This document shows, piece by piece, positions 1 through 8,958 of a stretch of 64,000 bases of DNA. The first letter of the stretch is position 1. Each line of letters starts with the position of its first letter. The notes under the pieces were generated by a model, which made no database searches, was not told the DNA's origin, and saw only the letters and a program-made list of their open reading frames with translations. Origin of the DNA: an uncultured delta proteobacterium (GTDB taxonomy: Bacteria; Desulfobacterota; Binatia; UBA9968); contig CAWJBB010000065.1 of the NCBI GenBank assembly GCA_963840855.1, forward strand, positions 64,001-128,000, read 5' to 3'. Position numbers and translations under genes: made by a program.

Positions 1-75
1 GTTAGGAGTCCGAGTCTGTCATTCTCGCCCCGTGGAAGATCAGCCATTCTTCCACGGGGAATCCAGAACCCCCAC

Positions 76-107
76 TTGTAAGGGACGGTCGCGACCGTCC
101 CTTACAA
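76..107. repeat. REP-like palindrome TTGTAAGGGACGGTCGCGACCGTCCCTTACAA
   Basis: Perfect inverted repeat with a GTAR-type foot, downstream of the CsbD gene. Confidence 0.6.
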
Positions 108-152
108 AGTTTGCTCAGGGGGAGAAGAAGAGGATCTAACGCCCGAGTGTCG

Positions 153-392
153 TCAGGCTTGATTTCTGGATTCCGTCGCTCTCCGGGCCTCTGCCTGATG
201 CCGGTCGCACCAGTCCTCGGTCCAGCGCTCGATTTCCTCCTTCCGATCGCCGTACCTTTTCTGCATGAGGCCGACAAATTTGTCGTAGTTTCCTTCGACC
301 TCGAGCAAGTCGTTGTCAGTAAACTCCCCCCATTTTTTCTTGAGATCGCCCTTAAATTGGCGCCAGCTCCCTTTGAATTGGTCTTTGTTCAT
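153..392 (-). CDS. csbD: CsbD/YjbJ family general stress protein
   Basis: MNKDQFKGSWRQFKGDLKKKWGEFTDNDL...QKRYG is the typical CsbD pattern; AGGAGG RBS. Confidence 0.9.
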   Translation of the reverse strand: MNKDQFKGSWRQFKGDLKKKWGEFTDNDLLEVEGNYDKFVGLMQKRYGDRKEEIERWTEDWCDRHQAEARRATESRNQA

Positions 393-475
393 AACGTACC
401 TCCTTGTGTTGGCAGTCTATATTTCTTCCTCTTACGCATCTCTCCTAGCACCATCAATAATTGTCCCGGCGGTAA

Positions 476-640
476 CTAAATCGGCGGCCTTCGACCCAGA
501 ACCAAGCCCACGACGAACAAAATTATGAAAACTACGAACAAGATCCATGCGATCTCAGTCGCGGCGCCGGCAACCCCGGTCGCGCCCAAGACACCGGCAA
601 TAAGCGCAATCACCAAAAAAGTTACTGCCCAACTTAGCAT
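476..640 (-). CDS. DUF1328 (YtjA-like) small membrane protein, 54 aa, absent from the ORF track
   Basis: Hand translation [54 protein letters not shown]; GGAGGAG RBS. Confidence 0.9.
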   Translation of the reverse strand: MLSWAVTFLVIALIAGVLGATGVAGAATEIAWILFVVFIILFVVGLVLGRRPPI

Positions 641-697
641 ATTGGCTCCTCCATTCGGCGATGCCGATTATCGCACCGTGGAACGGCGCGCCGCGCG

Positions 698-835
698 TCA
701 CATTTTCATCAGTCCCAATATTCCCGTGACGATTAAGTAAATAGCCACGATGTAGTTCAATAACCTTGGGATCATCAGAATCAGTATTCCCGCTATCAAC
801 GCCACCACCGGTTGCAACGCAACATAGATTTGCAT
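698..835 (-). CDS. DUF3096 family small membrane protein, 45 aa
   Basis: MQIYVALQPVVALIAGILILMIPRLLNYIVAIYLIVTGILGL; GGAGG RBS before the ATG at 835. Confidence 0.85.
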   Translation of the reverse strand: MQIYVALQPVVALIAGILILMIPRLLNYIVAIYLIVTGILGLMKM

Positions 836-899
836 TGGCTTAGCCTCCAAACCGATCAACGAATCACTGAGGGCGAGAGTTGTATCTTTTGAAAGCTGG

Positions 900-915
900 T
901 GCAAGCAACATGCCA
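900..915 (-). promoter_or_regulatory. sigma54 (-24/-12) promoter
   Basis: Minus strand TGGCAT-GTTGC-TTGCA matches TGGCAC-N5-TTGC. Confidence 0.75.
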
Positions 916-1215
916 CGAAACGATGCCCGGACGATTCTCCATAATTAAGAAGAAGTTTATTCGATTTTGGCACTTTCAAGTTGGCGAACGGAGTCAGTAT
1001 ATTTCCTCCAATCGTCAGGATTGAGCAGTCGAGTGTAAGCTTATTATTAACGAACCGGAACTAGCAAAAGGCGAGCGATAGCCGTGGTGATCCGAACCTA
1101 AGAGGATTTTTTCCTATCCAGCTGTCGACAATCCTCCTACACTGAATTTTCGGGCCGGCCTGATGTGGCGACCATGCCTCGAAAAACAAACAATTTTATT
1201 TTTGCCTCTCTCTAG

Positions 1216-1230
1216 TGGCATGGCTTTTGT
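1216..1230 (+). promoter_or_regulatory. probable sigma54 promoter of the BON gene
   Basis: TGGCAT-GGCTT-TTGT (imperfect -12 box). Confidence 0.5.
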
Positions 1231-1311
1231 ACTTGTTACTAAATTAGAGCCGTAAGTTAACGGCGTTCCTCGTCAGGAGTCTCAACTTAAGAAATCAGGG
1301 AGGAAGAATTT

Positions 1312-1638
1312 ATGGATTCCAGAACTTTTAGACCTATCGTTTTATCGATGGCGCTGGCGTTTGTTGTATCGATTGCCGGCTGTACGTCCATGACCGGCCA
1401 AACCGCCGGACAATATGTCGATGATTCGACGATTACCGCCTCGGTGAAATCTAAGCTGGTTGCCGATAAAATCGCCAACCTTACCCGCGTGGATGTCGAT
1501 ACCACCAACAAAGTGGTTTCTCTGAACGGCGTGGTAGAATCACCCGATCAAAAGACACGCGCCGAGGAACTGGCGACGCAGGTCGCCGGCGTGAGCCGAG
1601 TAGAAAACCAGCTGCAGATCCAGAAAAAAGCCAACTAA
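1312..1638 (+). CDS. BON-domain (OsmY-like) lipoprotein
   Basis: Lipobox IAGC; DDSTITASVKSKL...VDVDT...VSLNGVV...GVSRVENQL. Confidence 0.9.
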   Translation: MDSRTFRPIVLSMALAFVVSIAGCTSMTGQTAGQYVDDSTITASVKSKLVADKIANLTRVDVDTTNKVVSLNGVVESPDQKTRAEELATQVAGVSRVENQLQIQKKAN

Positions 1639-1719
1639 AGCGGGTTTCGCTCCGGATACGCTCTGGGCGGCAGCCAGCCAGACAGGGATCCTACGACTCA
1701 GGCTGCCGCCTTTTCTCGT

Positions 1720-1944
1720 GTCCAGCAACCTATTTCCGCCACGGTGCAACTCTTCCCGCTTTTTGTAGAGCAATTTGCCCATCGGAAACCCTTTTTGCAG
1801 CATTGCCTTTTGGCGCTGAACAATCGCCTCATCCTCCTTCTCAGAAACTTTGAGCAGCACAACCGCCTCCGCGCCTTCCGCTCCCTCCGGTGTCTCCTCC
1901 AAGATTACCGTATTCCCTTTTACAATCCCTCGGTATGGCTTCAT
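1720..1944 (-). pseudogene. putative antitoxin remnant running into a truncated PIN-like start
   Basis: MKPYRGIVKGNTVILEE...GFPMGKLLYKKREELH followed by LLDT; GGAGGG RBS; no stop at the expected end. Confidence 0.4.
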
Positions 1945-2128
1945 TCTCCCTCCTGTATTTCTTTCGGTCCGATCCCGATCGATATCTATCTTGTCGTTTT
2001 TCACTTCGACCTTTAACTCAATGGCGCCGCCGCGGCCACGCTGACGAACACAAGCACGGTCCTGCCCGCTCCGCCGAGGGAAACGCGCTGCCAAGTCCGC
2101 CCCGGATCCTTTGGGTCGAACTGGTATT

Positions 2129-2357
2129 TCAAAGCACAACCACCAGGTCTTCAGGAATTTTGCCTACATAGATTATCGCCGTGTGAGCGTCCTTCCGTCT
2201 ATGTGCCTTTTTGTAGACTTCGTCCCGGTCCTTGCTGTGGAACACCAGTTCCCCCCCGAATAGGCTCCATCAGCTTGTCATGAACTGGATTTACCAAAAG
2301 CACCCACTCGCCCGAATATCGAAATTCAAGCTCCTTCATCGTGAAAACTTTGTTCAT
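2129..2357 (-). CDS. DUF5678-like small protein, frameshifted in a G7 run
   Basis: MNKVFTMKELEFRYSGEWVLL... continues after a 1-nt shift as GELVFHSKDRDEVYKKA...AIIYVGKIPEDLVVVL*. Confidence 0.65.
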
Positions 2358-2424
2358 AGCTGGCTCGCTCCCTTTTTGTGCCATGAGGCGACCCAAATAG
2401 CCCGCACAAACTGTACAACGCGAG

Positions 2425-3570
2425 TCATTCCAGGAGCTTCGCCTTTTGAAACCTTTCAATCAGAGTACTCTTGCCTGAGTTCTGGCGCTGCAGCGCGCCC
2501 ATACGAAATTTGAAATCGGAGCCCTTGCCTTTTAGCGCGGCGAGATCATGCAAATCTTGAAGGAGCGATACCGCCTGGTCGTATCGCTTCGGTTGCTTGG
2601 TGGCAATGAGCTTATCGACCGTCGACCAGAGATCGTTCTCCTTGCCGGCGAGTGATTCGAGCCGCTGCTTTCGCGCTTCAGCTTCGGCTCGCTCGCGCCT
2701 GGCCTTTTCTCTCGCGCACTGCTCAGCCTCCTTCCTTTTCCGCTCCGCCGCTATGGTCTCCGCACGTGTGCGGATCTCACCAGCCGTCCTCCCCGGCCGC
2801 TCGTCCGGCCGCACTGCGCCGCGTATCTCGAAGATCGCACGCTGCCGGACCTCGGCCGACAAGTGCGCGGCGTCGCCGTCGATCAGCCTCGTGACAATCG
2901 CGTCTTTCTCAGCGCTCGAAAGTGCTCGAACCCACTCACCGATTTCGTCCCCGGAAAGGACTGGAGATTCCTGGTGAGCACTACGCTCCGCTGCTGCTGA
3001 AATGAGATCGGGATCGATGCCCAAGAATTCGGCGAGACAATCAAGAGAATCACTCAGGTCACCGAGTCCCGGCGGCACAGGAGGCTCAAGAACGTCGTCG
3101 GTGACTTCTTCGAATTGCACGGCAAGCAGCCAGCCAAGGTACAGAGCGCGGTGGTCGCCGCGCATCAAGTCGGAGCGTATTGGCACAAGCGACGCCAGCC
3201 GGCTCTTTTCGCCCTCCCATTGGTAACCCTCGAGCTCAGCCTCGAAGGACAGCACGATATAGTCATCCTTCTGGCGATAGGAAAAATTTCCGTCCTGGGA
3301 GTAGGCTGCTACGGTCTTCGGATCAAGCAGTTTCTGTGGTAATCGCAGCATGAACCGGCGGGACCCCCAGTTAGCAAAATAGAGGAAGGCATCGAAATAC
3401 CGCTCCATCCACTGGCTCGGATTCCCTTTGAAGTCGCCCCAGTTATATTCGTTAACGAAGCTGTAGGGAGTGATCTGGGCGCGAGAAGAGAAGGCTCTCA
3501 GCTGCGACGTCTGTTCTTGTGTCAGCGGCCGGTCCAACGCCTGGAATTCGTAGTACTGGTATTCGCTCAT
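2425..3570 (-). CDS. conserved hypothetical protein (MSEYQYYEF... family) with C-terminal coiled/helical region
   Basis: Long ORF starting MSEYQYYEFQALDRPLT; GAGGA RBS. Confidence 0.75.
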   Translation of the reverse strand: MSEYQYYEFQALDRPLTQEQTSQLRAFSSRAQITPYSFVNEYNWGDFKGNPSQWMERYFDAFLYFANWGSRRFMLRLPQKLLDPKTVAAYSQDGNFSYRQKDDYIVLSFEAELEGYQWEGEKSRLASLVPIRSDLMRGDHRALYLGWLLAVQFEEVTDDVLEPPVPPGLGDLSDSLDCLAEFLGIDPDLISAAAERSAHQESPVLSGDEIGEWVRALSSAEKDAIVTRLIDGDAAHLSAEVRQRAIFEIRGAVRPDERPGRTAGEIRTRAETIAAERKRKEAEQCAREKARRERAEAEARKQRLESLAGKENDLWSTVDKLIATKQPKRYDQAVSLLQDLHDLAALKGKGSDFKFRMGALQRQNSGKSTLIERFQKAKLLE

Positions 3571-3586
3571 TGAATCCTCAACTCCG

Positions 3587-4015
3587 TCATCTCTTTTTTC
3601 CGGCGATGCGGCTTCGCCCTTTACTTGCCGCACTCCTGTGTCGGCTCTTGGGGTGTGCTGGAACCCTAGGAAGATAAGGTTTGACGCCGAGCCATTTTCG
3701 GTAGGCAGCTACATATCGAGCGGCTCTCGATTTTTCCGGAAAGACCACGTCGGCTGCTCCGACAAGATGCACCAAACCATCCGCACGGCGGCACTTCGCT
3801 GTTAGCCCGCGCCGTTCGTTGCCATCGTAATCGATCTCGACGACTGCGACAGGCTCCCCGATGACGAACCCATTGGCCGGTAAGGAGATCTCGTCCTCAA
3901 GGACCTGCCGAAAGGCCCACAGTTGCTCGTCCTCGCCATACGCATCGACGGTGATCTCTTCAATCAGCTCATCCAGACCCGCAAGGTCGTTGTCTCGTCG
4001 GCCTTTGCGGCTCAT
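3587..4015 (-). CDS. CcbP-like (Calci_bind_CcbP) acidic protein
   Basis: IEEITVDAYGEDEQLWAF...L...YRKW pattern. Confidence 0.6.
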   Translation of the reverse strand: MSRKGRRDNDLAGLDELIEEITVDAYGEDEQLWAFRQVLEDEISLPANGFVIGEPVAVVEIDYDGNERRGLTAKCRRADGLVHLVGAADVVFPEKSRAARYVAAYRKWLGVKPYLPRVPAHPKSRHRSAASKGRSRIAGKKR

Positions 4016-4164
4016 CGCCCCGCCTCGGCGCAAGGATTGCGCTTTTTTCTCGATAACGCGGACAAGACTTCCACGGGAGTGATCGCCGAGGACAACAGGT
4101 CGTGCCGAGCTAGCAAGGACACAATTTCAGCCGAGCCCCGCGCTCTGACATAGCGCTTCACCAA
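4012..4164 (-). pseudogene. internal fragment of a VapC/PIN toxin
   Basis: Hand translation LVKRYVRARGSAEIVSLLARHDLLSSAITPVEVLSALSRKKR; the N-terminal DT motif and the C-terminus are missing. Confidence 0.55.
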
Positions 4165-4409
4165 TAGGTCCCCGTTTCAGAGCCGGTCGCAGCAAGCCCT
4201 CCTCGACACACGTTTCAGCTTTTTTGGGTGTTCCACTCCGGCTGGAAAATCAGCCTCTCCCATTTTTACTCGGCTCCGATTTTTTGCTCACGAGCACGAT
4301 TACGTCCACGCTCCGAGTCAGAAGAAATCCCCTTGTCTGCCTCACGCCTCACGCCTCGCGCCTCTTGTCATCGCCTGTTGCTCCTCTTTTGCCAGCAAAA
4401 AAATATACT

Positions 4410-4587
4410 GTGCTCAACGCCTTTCGGCATCTCAGATTCTTTCACACGTTTCTGTGGATTCGGACTCAGGAGAACATCCAGTGCTCAACGCCTTTCGGCA
4501 TCTCAGATTCTTTCACGCTAATATCAGCGCGGCCACCGGACTGAAGTATCAGTGCTCAACGCCTTTCGGCATCTCAGATTCTTTCAC
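4410..4587 (-). CRISPR. CRISPR array: 3 identical 36-bp repeats, 2 spacers of 35 nt
   Basis: GTGCTCAACGCCTTTCGGCATCTCAGATTCTTTCAC at 4410-4445, 4481-4516, 4552-4587; on the minus strand it ends GTTGAGCAC with a GCC-GAAA-GGC hairpin, as in I-B/MYXAN repeats. Confidence 0.95.
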
Positions 4588-4833
4588 CGTTCGTCCATAA
4601 CTGCGCGTCCTTCCGATAGATTTTTACGGTCGCTTCAAGGACCGGCCCGAACTGATTGACCAATCCGATGGTCGGGGCCGGAAAAATCAGATCCATGAGG
4701 GAATTCCAAGGTTTTCTTGCTTCAGGCATCTTTCTTTTTCGATAGATCTTTTTTTGCTTATGTCGACGCGACTTGAAGCAACTCGGTCAATTGGTATAGC
4801 GAACACGGAGAGATACTTGAGTCGATTCTTCTT
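4588..4833 (-). promoter_or_regulatory. CRISPR leader
   Basis: Non-coding, partly AT-rich stretch between cas2 and the array. Confidence 0.65.
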
Positions 4834-5136
4834 TCACGCTGCACCAACGATTCGAAATTTCGGTTCTTCCTGCAGGTACTCATTTCTGGTGTTTCTCGCA
4901 ATAACCTTCGCGTGGCAGCCCGCGCATAATCCCGCAATCATCAAGCTATCTTCGTCTGAGAGTTCTTTTTCGAGCTCCCAGCGCATTCGTTCTAACTCCC
5001 GCCTGGTCAGCCGGCATTCAAAAATCGAATACTGCAAGCTTTTACCGTAGCCCCTTAAAGGTTTGTACGATCGTCGCCATCTCTTCGGGTCACGGATGTC
5101 GTAACAAATCAGATACAAGAATTTTTCCTCGGCCAT
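4834..5136 (-). CDS. cas2: Cas2
   Basis: YLICYDIRDPKRWRR...LQYSIFEC. Confidence 0.95.
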   Translation of the reverse strand: MAEEKFLYLICYDIRDPKRWRRSYKPLRGYGKSLQYSIFECRLTRRELERMRWELEKELSDEDSLMIAGLCAGCHAKVIARNTRNEYLQEEPKFRIVGAA

Positions 5137-5140
5137 AGCG

Positions 5141-6774
5141 TCACCTCAATCGCATCCTGGCAAATAACCCCGACTCGCCCGTCCATTCCTTTTCGAGCAA
5201 CCGGCACTCAAGTTCGATCAACCGTGCATAGGACAGTGAATAACCCGTGACGGGATGCTTCCACTGATCGTCTTTTCGTCGCTCATAAACCTCGATTGCT
5301 TTCTGGCGTCCCTTGTCGCTCAACCAAACCTGAATTCCCGCATACGTAAAGTCATCGTCAGGGTTCCACTGCTGGCGATTCACTGAAGCCACCAGCGGCA
5401 TATCCCAAAGCGGAACGCGAAAGAGTTCCATCAGATCGAGCGCGAGCGGGTGAGCAGCCGAACGCGGCGTATGAAAAAACCCAAAAGAGGGTTCCAAAGC
5501 GACCGCAATAATGGCCTGCATGACATCGCGATAGAGTAGAGCGTACCCGAAACTGAGTAAGGCATTAAAACAGTCCCGCGGCGGCCTACGGTTACGTCCG
5601 TGGAACTGCAAACGTTCATCCAGATCGTCTCTCAACAGCATTGGAAGAGCGGAAAAGTAAAGCCTTCCTGCTTCTCCCTCAAATCCTCGAAGGCTATCGA
5701 TTCCTTCCGCTTGATTCATTGACCTCAACGCCGTCCGAATTCCTCCAAGGGCATCGTCGACCTCAGCACCACGACCTTTTTCTCGGGAGGCACGCAGCAG
5801 GAAACCCAACTGGCTAGCCGAGCGCGCGGAAGCAAGCTTCTTAGCCAACTTGAAAGAAAAGCCCGGCTCACGAAGTGCTTCATATTGACGAATGCGCCGC
5901 TGCACCGGGCTGGCGCCCGCCATAATGCTTCCGACGTAACGTCCGCCTCCCGTCATCCAATGGACTCCGACCTCTTGATGAGCACATAGGTGAATGGCTT
6001 GAGTCGTATCTGCGCACTCCCGTGTAATACCAATTCGCCGACCTCGCGGATGGGCAAGGTCTCCTTGGTCTTGTCGGTTCGAACTATCGCGAGAGTATCC
6101 CCGGCCCGCGTCACCCGGGCTCCGTGATCAATCACATGAATCGTTTGGCGCTCTTTGTCTTTCGGAAACAAACGGACCGGAGCCCAGTCGCGGTCCCGAG
6201 CTAGACGTTCTTCCTCAGGCAGGCATACCCGAGCGAGGGAACAGCGGAGACAAAGGCGCTCATTGTCCGTTACCGGCGGCCGTTGCACGGATTGCCTCAA
6301 CTCACGCACTCGCTGGACTGCCCAGTGAACTTTCTCCCGAGCCGGTTGATCCACCGCAAGCCGCACGGTCGCATTATCGCCATGGTACCGGATTCTCGCT
6401 TCTTCGATAGCCGTGCCGGTGTGCTCTTCCAGGAGCATCGTGTATGCATAGACCTGAAGCCGATCACTCGGCCAAGCCTCCGCGCCGTCGTCCCCCTTAC
6501 GCGACCGCCCGCGCTTGTGCTCGTAAGGAATAAGCTGCCCGTTCCTTCTGCGGAGACAGTCAACCTTCCCTTTCAATCCCAATTTTTCGCTCTCCAAAAC
6601 CAGGCTCACCATCTCGCCCTCTTCAGCCGACAATTCTTCATGGAGGCGACGTCCCGCATAGACCGATGCGTCGGCAACGCGGATTTCCTCGACTTCTTCC
6701 AGATAGAAAAGCCGCTCGCAGTACAGCAGCGCGTGCAGCGCCATGACGCGGATAAGAGGCTCAGATTCACTCAC
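5141..6774 (-). CDS. cas1: Cas4-Cas1 fusion (MYXAN type), 1-nt frameshift near 6008
   Basis: Cas4 motifs YCERLFYL, GKVD, EHKRG, CLRCSLARVC; Cas1 motifs LRGFEGEAGRLYF, NALLSFGY, GFFH, LDLMELFR. Confidence 0.9.
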
Positions 6775-7508
6775 TTCTTTTTTCTGCCTTTTGTAACCGA
6801 TAGTGTCTCTGAGGGCGGAGCAATAAGTGTCCAGGCTTCTTCAGGGACGGCGGCTACAATGTCTTTTGTGGGCGCGTATAGGTACGCCACAGTGCGGCTC
6901 ATATCGGCACGATCAATCCATGCCGTTAGTCGACAGCGTCCCGTTATGGGGCCTAGTTCCCCCGTCAACCGTCTGTACCAAAACGCTGGTCCAAGGACGG
7001 GCTCCTCTCGAAGCACATCAATCATAAAGTTGTTGTCACCCAAGAACGGAATGCCATAACGTGGCCGACCCTCGCACAAGGACCGCCCGCCCTGACGTAA
7101 ACCCTCCCTAACTTGCTCCTCCAAACGTTCGTTTCCTCGAAGACACAAATACGCATCTAGCCCGGAAAGGAACTCGCGTTGAACAGGTTGAATGTTGTAC
7201 TTAGCTCCTTTGGTTTCGGGCGCGCGATCCTTACTCATAGCTCCAACCGGGTAGTTGTGAAGTTGCTGATATATGCTTTGAGTCTCTGGAAAGGTAATGG
7301 CCCCAAGCGCTACTTCCACCCGCGGTAAGCCGAATTTCATTAATGTCATGGTAGCCTGACCGTCGTCGTACCGAGACTCAATTCCTGCAACGTTCAGAAT
7401 CAGTCCGTAAGCGGCACTTGGTGTAATAAATGGGGCAGTAGGGCGATACGATCCGGCAGTAAACGTGCGAAAGGCGCCGAAGGGGGCCTTAAGACGGAGG
7501 TGCAGCAT
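6771..7508 (-). CDS. cas5: Cas5 (DevS/Cmx5-like)
   Basis: LKAPFGAFRTFTAGSYRPT...PSAAYGL...YQQLHNYP...PFLGDNNF. Confidence 0.9.
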   Translation of the reverse strand: MLHLRLKAPFGAFRTFTAGSYRPTAPFITPSAAYGLILNVAGIESRYDDGQATMTLMKFGLPRVEVALGAITFPETQSIYQQLHNYPVGAMSKDRAPETKGAKYNIQPVQREFLSGLDAYLCLRGNERLEEQVREGLRQGGRSLCEGRPRYGIPFLGDNNFMIDVLREEPVLGPAFWYRRLTGELGPITGRCRLTAWIDRADMSRTVAYLYAPTKDIVAAVPEEAWTLIAPPSETLSVTKGRKKK

Positions 7509-8517
7509 TAGCGGTCTCCTCCCATTCTCTTTCTTTTTCAAGAAAGCCGGTCCCGCAGACTTTCCTTGCAACGGCGCTGAGGGCCTCATTAGCCATCCTG
7601 AAAAGGTTCAGACCCTTTGTTTTCAGGTTCTTATTTCTGTCCTGATTAAGTGTATTCTTTACGATCAGGCCTCCAATATAGAATTCACTACCTGGATAGT
7701 CGCCATGAAGTATGCCGTCCACTACTTCAGGAAACCCCCCGTCCGGTTTAAAACCGTAGGTCTCATAGCCTGCTACCAAAGAGTCCGTAAGTCGTATAAC
7801 GATACTTGCGGGAGCCATCTCAAAGTAGCTGCGCGCGTGGTTGCCTGCCACGTCGTTCAGTTCAGAGACGGCCCGCAGCAAATGACGAAGCCAATCTTTA
7901 TGTTGTTCCCCGCAGCTTGAATATGCTTTGCCATCTGGGGCTTTCGCACCATCCGCCGGCTTCCCTTTATCGTCCAGGCCGCAGTCGATAACATTCAGTG
8001 CAAAAGGGTACTGGAACGCAGTAACAACAGTTTCACGGTGAAGAAGTGCAGAAGTCGTTGCATTTTGCCACGGGCTCTTCTCGTTCTTTATTGTCAGCGG
8101 AGATTGAGTAAAAAGCGCATCATGCCTATACGGCTCGACCGATCTTGCGAGATTCATGCGTAGCACAGAGTCACGTTTGAATTGAAAGTGGCGATCTTTG
8201 ACCACTTTATCTGGAATCTGTCCACGAGCGGCAACGAAGTAGCCAAAGAAGAAATCGTCGGCAAATTTTTCGGGGAATGGATAGTCTTCGAATCGAACAG
8301 CGAGCTGCTCTTCGTTATGAAGTCGCTCCCGGTTACGGGGCAAACCATATCTAGAAAGAGTTTCTCGAAGCGCGTTGCGCATCGCCTCTGGCGAGATTAT
8401 GGGATACTCGAACCGTCCGTAGGTTACCTTTTGAATGACACTTCGATTTTCCTCGGACTCCCCACGATAGTTCGCTGACGGGGCCGGATATGTCAAAACG
8501 GTTGCGAAAATGTTCAT
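7489..8517 (-). CDS. cas7: Cas7 (DevR/Cst2-like)
   Basis: APSANYRGESEENR...ISPEAMRNALRE...DVAGNHARS. Confidence 0.9.
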   Translation of the reverse strand: MNIFATVLTYPAPSANYRGESEENRSVIQKVTYGRFEYPIISPEAMRNALRETLSRYGLPRNRERLHNEEQLAVRFEDYPFPEKFADDFFFGYFVAARGQIPDKVVKDRHFQFKRDSVLRMNLARSVEPYRHDALFTQSPLTIKNEKSPWQNATTSALLHRETVVTAFQYPFALNVIDCGLDDKGKPADGAKAPDGKAYSSCGEQHKDWLRHLLRAVSELNDVAGNHARSYFEMAPASIVIRLTDSLVAGYETYGFKPDGGFPEVVDGILHGDYPGSEFYIGGLIVKNTLNQDRNKNLKTKGLNLFRMANEALSAVARKVCGTGFLEKEREWEETANAAPPS

Positions 8518-8539
8518 CTTAACCTCCGCTTTGAACGCA

Positions 8540-8941
8540 TTAGATTCTTGAGAAACTCGACAGCGCCAGCATTGCAAGCGCTTTGACTTCTTCCCACCGC
8601 ACATCGCTCAGGATCGCCTCGGCCACGGCTTGATATTCAGCATCCGGCAAGTAGTGCGGGACCGAGCAAATAGTCCCAGTGAAGTAGGACACAAAATCCT
8701 CCTTTGCGTGGCAAGCGCGAAACCTCAAAAAGGCATCCGTGCAAACCCTTTCACGTGCTTCGCGGTACCTCTGCGGCACGTCTATCCTTTCCCGATTAGT
8801 GCGGGAATCTGTCACTTTCTTATCTTTGAAGTCGTCCCACTTTATACCTGATTTAGTCTCTGTTTTTCGAAACACGTAAGCTTGTACGAGCTTATAAACT
8901 CGCTCTGTAATGTCACTCTCGACAGATGAAACGCTTGTCAT
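8540..8941 (-). CDS. cas11: Cas11 small subunit encoded as a separate gene
   Basis: Resembles the Cmx8 C-terminal domain (YREARERV..DAFL..R..EDFVSYF..TICSVP..LAMLALS); own AAGGAGG RBS. Confidence 0.8.
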   Translation of the reverse strand: MTSVSSVESDITERVYKLVQAYVFRKTETKSGIKWDDFKDKKVTDSRTNRERIDVPQRYREARERVCTDAFLRFRACHAKEDFVSYFTGTICSVPHYLPDAEYQAVAEAILSDVRWEEVKALAMLALSSFSRI

Positions 8942-8958
8942 CTAAGCCTCCTTTCACC

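Noticed and set aside
4352-4409. Possible degenerate fourth CRISPR repeat with a short 23-nt spacer (CreA or CAST homing-like)
   Set aside because: Only about 20 of 33 matches with a gap, inside a CGCCTCA tandem tract; the repeat hairpin is lost, and the putative spacer is itself a TTTTGC/GCAAAA hairpin
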